Source: a virus (lineage: Duplodnaviria > Caudoviricetes). Taken from it: a stretch of 61,568 nucleotides of DNA. A program made the translations under genes and the position numbers. Shown piece by piece: positions 55,712 to 61,568 of the stretch (the first letter of the stretch is position 1; each line of letters begins with the position of its first letter). Location: the IMG/VR virus record IMGVR_UViG_3300030107_002736, positions 1 through 61,568 of that record. One strand, written 5' to 3'. Under the pieces are notes generated by a model. That model worked only from the letters and a program-made list of their open reading frames with translations. It ran no database searches and was not told the DNA's origin.

Positions 55712-56176
55712 ATGGCTGAAGAACGCGCATCACGGGAACCAAGATCACTGGACAGTCGTGAAAACGAAGCCCGTCCAATGATGTGGGAGCCTGCCTCAAT
55801 TCTGCCCGACCCTGATCCCCAGGACGGGTGGGTCTTTAGATGGATTAGAACATCCATGGTTGGATCTTCTGACAATACCAATGTTTCCAAAAGATTTAGG
55901 GAAGGTTGGGATCCTGTCAAAGCCGAAGACCATCCAGAGCTTCAAATCCAAAGTGACCACAAGTCCGAATGGGGAAGCAAAGGGCACATTGAAGTCGGCG
56001 GACTATTGCTCTGCAAGGCTCCACAAGAAATTGTGGAACAAAGGCGTGATTATTACCAGCGACATGCTGACGCTCAGATGCAAGCTGTTGACAACAATTA
56101 TATGCGGGAGAACGATCCAAGGATGCCTGTTCTCGCGCCTGACAGAAAAACTCGTGTAGCGTTTGGCAAAAGCTAA
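55712..56176 (+). CDS. Head-module protein
   Basis: GWVFRWIR, REGWDPV and VGGLLLC motifs; head operon position. Confidence 0.7.
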   Translation: MAEERASREPRSLDSRENEARPMMWEPASILPDPDPQDGWVFRWIRTSMVGSSDNTNVSKRFREGWDPVKAEDHPELQIQSDHKSEWGSKGHIEVGGLLLCKAPQEIVEQRRDYYQRHADAQMQAVDNNYMRENDPRMPVLAPDRKTRVAFGKS

Positions 56177-56214
56177 AGCTGCAGTACAATTAATTTCTAA
56201 TTTAGGAACACGAA

Positions 56215-56832
56215 ATGGCTACATCAGCTTCACCATATGGTGCGCGGCCAATCGGTACCCTAAGCGCCTCTGGCTCATGGACAGCCAAGGTTCGGCAACT
56301 GCCGATTGCTAGTGGGTATGGAACCGCCATCTTTAATGGCGATTTCGTAAAGTGTGTTGCGGACGGTGACATTGAGAAGGATACTGGCACCACCGCACTA
56401 ACGACTTGCGGAATCTTTGTGGGTTGTTCCTATACGCCAAGCACAACGAATCAGAAGACCTTTAATACGCAGTGGCCTGCGTCTACGGTTGCTTCTGATG
56501 CGATGGCTTACGTTATCGACGACCCTTTTGTTGTATTTCAAATGCAGGGCGACGAAGCACTGAACACCACAGATCGCGGACTTAACGCGGCTGTTGTTCA
56601 GACTGCTGGTAGCACTTCGATTGGAAAGTCCAAGAATGCTTTGGATGCTTCAACACCAGCTACCACGAATACGCTTCCGCTCCGTATTCTTGATTTTGTT
56701 GACGGACCAATGAGCCTAGCTCCGGTCGGTACAACTGCAAGTGACGCCTACCCCGACGTAATTGTGAAGTTTAACGCAGCGTCGAGTGGGTCAGCCTCCA
56801 ATCACCAGTATCTTAACGCCACTGGCTTGTAA
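56215..56832 (+). CDS. Capsid decoration / minor capsid protein
   Basis: 205 aa, beta-rich, immediately upstream of the major capsid gene. Confidence 0.65.
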   Translation: MATSASPYGARPIGTLSASGSWTAKVRQLPIASGYGTAIFNGDFVKCVADGDIEKDTGTTALTTCGIFVGCSYTPSTTNQKTFNTQWPASTVASDAMAYVIDDPFVVFQMQGDEALNTTDRGLNAAVVQTAGSTSIGKSKNALDASTPATTNTLPLRILDFVDGPMSLAPVGTTASDAYPDVIVKFNAASSGSASNHQYLNATGL

Positions 56833-56844
56833 GGAGATTGATCA

Positions 56845-57780
56845 ATGGCTATTTCACGCGCACAACTTCTAAAGGAACTCCTCCCTGGACTTAACGCTCT
56901 CTTTGGAATGGAGTATGCACGTTATGATGACGAGCACTCCGAGATATATGAGACGGAAAGCTCAGATCGTTCCTTTGAAGAAGAAGTGAAGCTTTCGGGC
57001 TTCGACGCAGCCCCCGTCAAAGACGAGGGATCTGCGATTTCCTACGATGCTGCACAGGAGAGCTTTACGGCTCGTTACAACCATGAGACTATCGCCATGG
57101 GCTTCGCCATTACGGAAGAAGCCATGGAAGACAATCTCTATGACTCCCTGTCGGCTCGTTACACTAAGGCCCTGGCTCGTGCCATGGCTCACACCAAGCA
57201 GGTCAAGGCTGTTGTTCCTCTGAACAACGGGTTTACCAACGCTTACCAGAGCGGCGATGGTGTTAACCTTTTCACAGCGTCTGGTGACGGTGTAACTGGT
57301 GGTGACGGTCACCCACTCGTTTCGGGTGGTAAGAACTCAAACCGTCCAGCTACAGCTGTTGACCTCAACGAGACCTCTCTTGAGGCTGCTGTGATTCAGA
57401 TTGGCAAGTGGACGGACGAGCGTGGTCTAATGATCGCTGCACGGCCCCAGACGCTTGTGATCCCGCCCGACTTGCAGTTTGTCGCGGCACGGGTAATGCA
57501 GTCTGAGCTTCGCCCCGGAACTGCCGACAACGACATCAACGCTGTGCGTTCGATGGGTGTTGTTCCTGGCGGAACTGTTGTGAACCACTATCTCACAGAT
57601 ACGGACGCATGGTTCCTGCTGACGGATGTTCCGAACGGCATGAAGCACTTCAATCGTGTTGCACTTGAGACGAGCATGGACGGTGACTTTGACACCGGAA
57701 ACGTTCGCTACAAGGCTCGCGAGCGGTACAGCTTTGGAGTTTCCGATCCCCTAGGGATCTGGGGATCACCCGGAGCGTAA
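56845..57780 (+). CDS. Major capsid protein (HK97 fold, Mu gpT-like)
   Basis: MAISRAQLLKELLPGLNALFG..., PQTLVIPPDL, YLTDTDAWFL and RERYSFG; AGGAG RBS and a downstream terminator. Confidence 0.9.
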   Translation: MAISRAQLLKELLPGLNALFGMEYARYDDEHSEIYETESSDRSFEEEVKLSGFDAAPVKDEGSAISYDAAQESFTARYNHETIAMGFAITEEAMEDNLYDSLSARYTKALARAMAHTKQVKAVVPLNNGFTNAYQSGDGVNLFTASGDGVTGGDGHPLVSGGKNSNRPATAVDLNETSLEAAVIQIGKWTDERGLMIAARPQTLVIPPDLQFVAARVMQSELRPGTADNDINAVRSMGVVPGGTVVNHYLTDTDAWFLLTDVPNGMKHFNRVALETSMDGDFDTGNVRYKARERYSFGVSDPLGIWGSPGA

Positions 57781-57787
57781 TTTGGTT

Positions 57788-57835
57788 GGGGGTGGGAGCG
57801 CAATGTCGCTTCTGCCCCCTTCCTTGTTTTTTTTT
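57788..57835 (+). terminator. Intrinsic terminator after the capsid gene
   Basis: GGGGGTGGGAGCG / CGCTTCTGCCCCC stem followed by a T-rich tail including T9. Confidence 0.75.
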
Positions 57836-57881
57836 CCTGACTACCGAAAACGGTAGACACTAGCCAAGACAGGAGAATGTA

Positions 57882-58466
57882 ATGGCTGACACTACTTTTA
57901 GTGGTAATGTCCGGGCAGAAGGCGGCCTTGAGCAGGTAACCAAGAACGCCACAACTGGTGCATTTACCACAAACTTTGATGTAGACACTAGTGGTAACGT
58001 GTCGGGTACTGGTACGCTAAAGCTGACTGGTGCCACGAACATGGTCGCAGACTATGAGTCGATTACCACAGCAACCAAAACTCTAACAGCAGCCGATTCC
58101 GGCACTGTTTTTGGGTTCAACAAAGCAGACGGTATCGTAGTTACGCTCCCAACCCCAGCGGCTGGAATTATCTACACTTTTCTTGTAGAGACTACGTTTA
58201 CGTCAGCGGGTCAGATTAAGACCGCTACGACTGACGGCACCGATGGCTTCTTGGGAACCGCCTTCCTGTTTGACACAGGAGAGATTGGCGAAACTGACAA
58301 CTTCCACCCCACGTCATCAAACGATGTTATTGATTTGGGTGCTGTTGAGCAGGGCTGGCTTACTGGTGGTTTTATTAGGCTTACAGGCGTTAACACGACG
58401 ACTTGGTTTGTAGAAGCTTTCTTGATGGGTGACGGAACGCTAGCGACTCCGTTTACGGACAGTTAA
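57882..58466 (+). CDS. Virion structural protein (head fibre/spike-like)
   Basis: MADTTFSGNVR..., TLTAADSG...VTLP; T/G-rich. Confidence 0.65.
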   Translation: MADTTFSGNVRAEGGLEQVTKNATTGAFTTNFDVDTSGNVSGTGTLKLTGATNMVADYESITTATKTLTAADSGTVFGFNKADGIVVTLPTPAAGIIYTFLVETTFTSAGQIKTATTDGTDGFLGTAFLFDTGEIGETDNFHPTSSNDVIDLGAVEQGWLTGGFIRLTGVNTTTWFVEAFLMGDGTLATPFTDS

Positions 58467-58565
58467 AATTAATTAAACAAGATAGGGCCACCCATCCGTT
58501 TGGGTGGGTGGCCAGATCTTCTGCCATGGGTAGGGTAGGACCCTTGTTCCCATAAGGAGATTTAA

Positions 58566-58964
58566 ATGGCCGACGCAGTAACTTCGCAAACTTTGCAAGA
58601 TGGCGACAAATCTGTCGTTATGAAGTTCACCAATATTTCTGATGGGTCAGGCGAGGCCGCCGTCAAGAAGGTGGACGTTTCCGCACTCCAGACCCAATCA
58701 GGCACAGGTGCCGCATGCACTGGTGTATCAATTCAACAGATTTGGTACGAATGCAATGGCATGAGCGTAGATCTTTTGTGGGATGCGTCTACAGACGTGA
58801 TTGCGTGGACCCTTAGCGGTTATGGGTTTTTTGATTTTAGATCGGCTGGACCGATTATCAACAACGCATCTAGCCCAACTGGTGACATTATGTTTACCAC
58901 CACGGGACACGCAAGCGGTGATCGTTATGCGATTATGTTGAAGATGGGCAAGAGCTACGAATAA
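58566..58964 (+). CDS. Virion structural protein
   Basis: MADAVTSQTLQDG...KFTNISDGSGE...TGDIMFTT; AGGAG RBS. Confidence 0.7.
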   Translation: MADAVTSQTLQDGDKSVVMKFTNISDGSGEAAVKKVDVSALQTQSGTGAACTGVSIQQIWYECNGMSVDLLWDASTDVIAWTLSGYGFFDFRSAGPIINNASSPTGDIMFTTTGHASGDRYAIMLKMGKSYE

Positions 58965-59224
58965 TGCCTTTTAAGAGCGATAAGCAACGAGGATGGATGT
59001 TTGCCAACAAGCCCTCAATGGCCTCTAGGTGGGTTTCTGAAAAGGCTGACGGAGGAGAGGTTCTGACTCCGGGCATAATAAAAGCATCTATTAAAAACTC
59101 CATGAAAGACATGAGGCAGTTTTCAGCCAACAGGGCAAAAGGCCGTATAGGTAATGGCTCTAAAATGCCCTCTAAGTGTGTAAGCAATCAGCAACTTGCT
59201 ATGAAGAAGTTTAAGGAGAACTGA
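58964..59224 (+). CDS. Small basic protein
   Basis: MPFKSDKQRGWMFANKP..., contains KADGGEV. Confidence 0.6.
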   Translation: MPFKSDKQRGWMFANKPSMASRWVSEKADGGEVLTPGIIKASIKNSMKDMRQFSANRAKGRIGNGSKMPSKCVSNQQLAMKKFKEN

Positions 59225-59406
59225 TGCCTGCTAAAAAAAAGAAAAAAGCTGTTACTAAAAAGCTGACAAAAAGACAGACAGATGCTCTTGCAAAACACAA
59301 AAAGCATCATACTCCAAAACACATGGCGTTTATGCGTAAGAGCATGAGGGCTGGTGCTAGTTTTACAAAAGCCCATAAAGATGCTATGAAGAAGGTAGGC
59401 AAATAA
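59224..59406 (+). CDS. Small Lys-rich protein
   Basis: HKKHHTPKHMAFMRKSM...FTKAHK; coupled to its neighbours. Confidence 0.65.
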   Translation: MPAKKKKKAVTKKLTKRQTDALAKHKKHHTPKHMAFMRKSMRAGASFTKAHKDAMKKVGK

Positions 59407-60080
59407 TGGCTACCTCTGGAACAGCAACCTTTAACCTAGAAATAGCAGAGGTTATAGAAGAAGCCTTTGAGCGGTGTGGAATGCAATCAAGGACAGGTTA
59501 CGATATTGAAACCGCAAGGCGGTCGCTAAACCTATTAAGTCTTGAGTGGGCAAACCGTGGGCTAAATTTTTGGTGCGTTGAAGAAGGTACCGCAAGCACA
59601 GTTGCAAGCACCTCAACGGTTACGTTGCCAGCAGATACAGTGGATTTGATTGAGTATTTTATCCGCGACGGGACAGGCACAAGCCAAAACGACTTACCAC
59701 TTTCTCGTTTTAGTGTCTCCCAGTACGCAACAATACCCAACAAAAAAACAGAAGGCCGTCCAGTCAACATCTACATTGACAAACAAAGAGCGGCCCCGGT
59801 AGCCTACCTGTGGCCCACACCCGACAAGGTGTACACGTTTGGCTACCAAAGAATTAGGCGTATTGAGGACACGGGGTCAGTAGGGTCTACAAACCCCGAT
59901 GTACCTGCACGTTTTCTTCCAGCCTTGGTTTCAGGCTTAGCGTTTCGTATTTCGCAAAAATACCCTGAAGCATTTCCTCGCTCTATGGAATTAAAACAGG
60001 AATACGAATTTCAGTGGGATCTTGCACAACAGGAAGACCGCGACCGCGCTTCGGTGCACTTTGTGCCAGGTGGTTATTAA
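59406..60080 (+). CDS. Head-tail adaptor / tail tubular protein
   Basis: IEEAFERCG...ARRSLNLL..EWANRG, YATIPNK..GRP and YLWPTPD. Confidence 0.7.
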   Translation: MATSGTATFNLEIAEVIEEAFERCGMQSRTGYDIETARRSLNLLSLEWANRGLNFWCVEEGTASTVASTSTVTLPADTVDLIEYFIRDGTGTSQNDLPLSRFSVSQYATIPNKKTEGRPVNIYIDKQRAAPVAYLWPTPDKVYTFGYQRIRRIEDTGSVGSTNPDVPARFLPALVSGLAFRISQKYPEAFPRSMELKQEYEFQWDLAQQEDRDRASVHFVPGGY

Positions 60081-60415
60081 TGGCTCGGTTTGCTAACGGT
60101 AAATACGCTTTCGGTTTCTGTGATCGCACCGGCTTTAGATACAAACTGAAGGACTTGGTACCTCAAGTGAAAGCGGGTCGAATGACTGGCCTTATGGTTG
60201 GTCGCGACATGCTTGACGAGGACCAGCCTCAAAATTTCTTAGGTAGACTTGGCGATTACACTGACCCGGAAGCGATTCGTGACCCTAGGCCAGACATTGC
60301 GGAAGACACAAGCAGAAGACTGTTTGCTTTTGATCCGGTTGGAAACGGCGGAGCAGATGGCTCTGGAAATATTGTTGCACATGCAAGAGTTGGAACAGTA
60401 ACGGTGACGACATGA
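60080..60415 (+). CDS. Conserved-type virion-module protein
   Basis: MARFANGKYAFGFCDRTGFRY...DPEAIRDPRPD; ATG overlaps the upstream TAA. Confidence 0.65.
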   Translation: MARFANGKYAFGFCDRTGFRYKLKDLVPQVKAGRMTGLMVGRDMLDEDQPQNFLGRLGDYTDPEAIRDPRPDIAEDTSRRLFAFDPVGNGGADGSGNIVAHARVGTVTVTT

Positions 60416-61044
60416 ACTACACTGAACTAACAGCAGCGATTAAGGACTACACAAATAACACAGGCACGGACTTTACTGCTGCTATACCTACCTTTGTAAA
60501 GCAAACCGAACAACGTATTTATCGCTCTGTAAATCTTTCGGTAAACAGAAAAAATGTCGCTGGCACCATGACTGACGGTAACGCGTACCTGGAAATGCCG
60601 TCAGACTTCTTGTTTCCACTGTCACTGTCTATTACAAGTGGCAGCAACCAGTCGTTCTTATTGAACAAAGATGCAAACTTCATTAGGTCTACATATCCAA
60701 ATGCCGCCACGGAAGGGACGCCCAAGTATTACGGGGTCTTTGACGTAAACACGTTTATTATTGGTCCTACGCCTGACTCTAACTACACAACCGAGTTGCA
60801 TTACTATTACATGCCCAACTCCATTGTTACAGATGGGACGTCGTGGCTTGGAACAAATGCAGATACGGCATTGCTTTATGGTTGTTTAGTAGAAGCTTAT
60901 ACCTACATGAAGGGTGAGGCGGACATGATGCAACTGTACCAACAAAGGTTTAATGAAGCTTTGCAGTTACTTAAAATTGAAGCAGAAGGTCGCGCAACAA
61001 CAGATGAGTATAGGGATGGCACAATCAGGATGGGTGTGGCCTAG
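60412..61044 (+). CDS. Second adaptor-like tail protein
   Basis: MNYTELTAAIKDY, GTPKYY, GPTPDSNY and LLYGCLVEAY. Confidence 0.7.
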   Translation: MNYTELTAAIKDYTNNTGTDFTAAIPTFVKQTEQRIYRSVNLSVNRKNVAGTMTDGNAYLEMPSDFLFPLSLSITSGSNQSFLLNKDANFIRSTYPNAATEGTPKYYGVFDVNTFIIGPTPDSNYTTELHYYYMPNSIVTDGTSWLGTNADTALLYGCLVEAYTYMKGEADMMQLYQQRFNEALQLLKIEAEGRATTDEYRDGTIRMGVA

Positions 61045-61328
61045 TGTTTGATCTTGATTCAGGCGTGGGAAGTGTAACCGTAACAACAAGCGTTAACGGC
61101 AACCTTGGTCCTAGTCACTGGGCCGAAAGAGCGGCTGACACAATAGTTTCGGTTGGAAGTAATTCACATCCTACTATTGCTGAACAGGCTAAAGCGTTTA
61201 AATCATATATACATAAAGCTGTGCAATATTACATATGGGAAGCGGTTAAAGAGGACCGCTCCAAGGTCATTACCCTGTTAAGGTCAGCAGGTCATAATGA
61301 TTTGGCTAACTCGGTGGAGAAACTCTAA
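61044..61328 (+). CDS. Hypothetical protein
   Basis: GTG start overlapping the previous stop; 94 aa. Confidence 0.6.
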   Translation: MFDLDSGVGSVTVTTSVNGNLGPSHWAERAADTIVSVGSNSHPTIAEQAKAFKSYIHKAVQYYIWEAVKEDRSKVITLLRSAGHNDLANSVEKL

Positions 61329-61568
61329 TGGCTATATCTCAGGCAATGTGTACCTCGTTTAAAAAGGAGTTGTTAGAAGCAAAGCACAACTTCCTCAACT
61401 CCGGTGGTAACACTTTTAAAATTGCTCTGTACACGAGTAGTGCTTCACTAGGTGCCAGCACAACAGCGTATACGACAAGCAATGAAATAAGCGGAACAAA
61501 CTATTCTGCTAAAGGAAACACGCTAACAAGGGTAGACCCCTCAACTAGTGGAACAACAGCCCTTACTG
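61328..61568 (+). CDS. Virion structural protein, 5' part (continues at 1-291; 143 aa in total)
   Basis: ATG at 61328 overlaps the TAA of the previous gene. MAISQAMCTSFKKELLEAKHNF... reads in frame across the junction. Lies in the tail gene cluster. Confidence 0.8.
   Translation, partial: MAISQAMCTSFKKELLEAKHNFLNSGGNTFKIALYTSSASLGASTTAYTTSNEISGTNYSAKGNTLTRVDPSTSGTTALT
61469..61568. repeat. Terminal direct repeat (assembly overlap), right copy
   Basis: Matches 1-100 at 99 of 100 positions. Confidence 0.95.

Noticed and set aside
1-61568. Stop-codon reassignment, integrase/repressor module, DNA polymerase
   Set aside because: Genes are intact and tightly coupled under the standard bacterial code with all three stops used. 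No such enzyme motifs were recognised.

Overview
This window looks like a complete, circularly assembled genome of about 61,468 bp from an uncultured tailed dsDNA phage (Caudoviricetes). Bases 1-100 repeat at 61469-61568 with one synonymous mismatch. It appears podovirus-like: there is no tape measure, sheath or tube gene, but there are adaptor/nozzle-type genes and large ejection-type proteins. The + strand late region (about 45.5 kb, across the junction, to 28.9 kb) carries TerS, TerL, portal, GroES, scaffold, major capsid, adaptors, tail fibre, nozzle, three internal proteins, a 3586-aa polyvalent protein and lysis-type genes. A recombination/replication block at 29-34 kb carries SSB-like, Sak-like, PD-(D/E)XK, RusA and primase-helicase genes. 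A - strand early region at 34.3-45.3 kb has many small ORFs with very strong Shine-Dalgarno sites, an AAA+/vWA trio and a lytic transglycosylase. I recognised no DNA polymerase, integrase, full tRNA or CRISPR array. The most unusual content is non-coding. (1) A multi-domain self-complementary element of about 700 nt between terS and terL folds on the + strand, has GAA triloops and carries promoter-like hexamers inside a stem, upstream of an insulated orphan gene. (2) A promoter-driven small RNA displays anti-Shine-Dalgarno CCUCCU loops complementary to the early-gene RBSs. (3) A 49-nt tRNA-elbow mimic lacks the anticodon arm. (4) Seven copies of a 17-bp palindrome cluster around terS. All protein calls come from reading motifs by eye; no database searches or folding programs were run.
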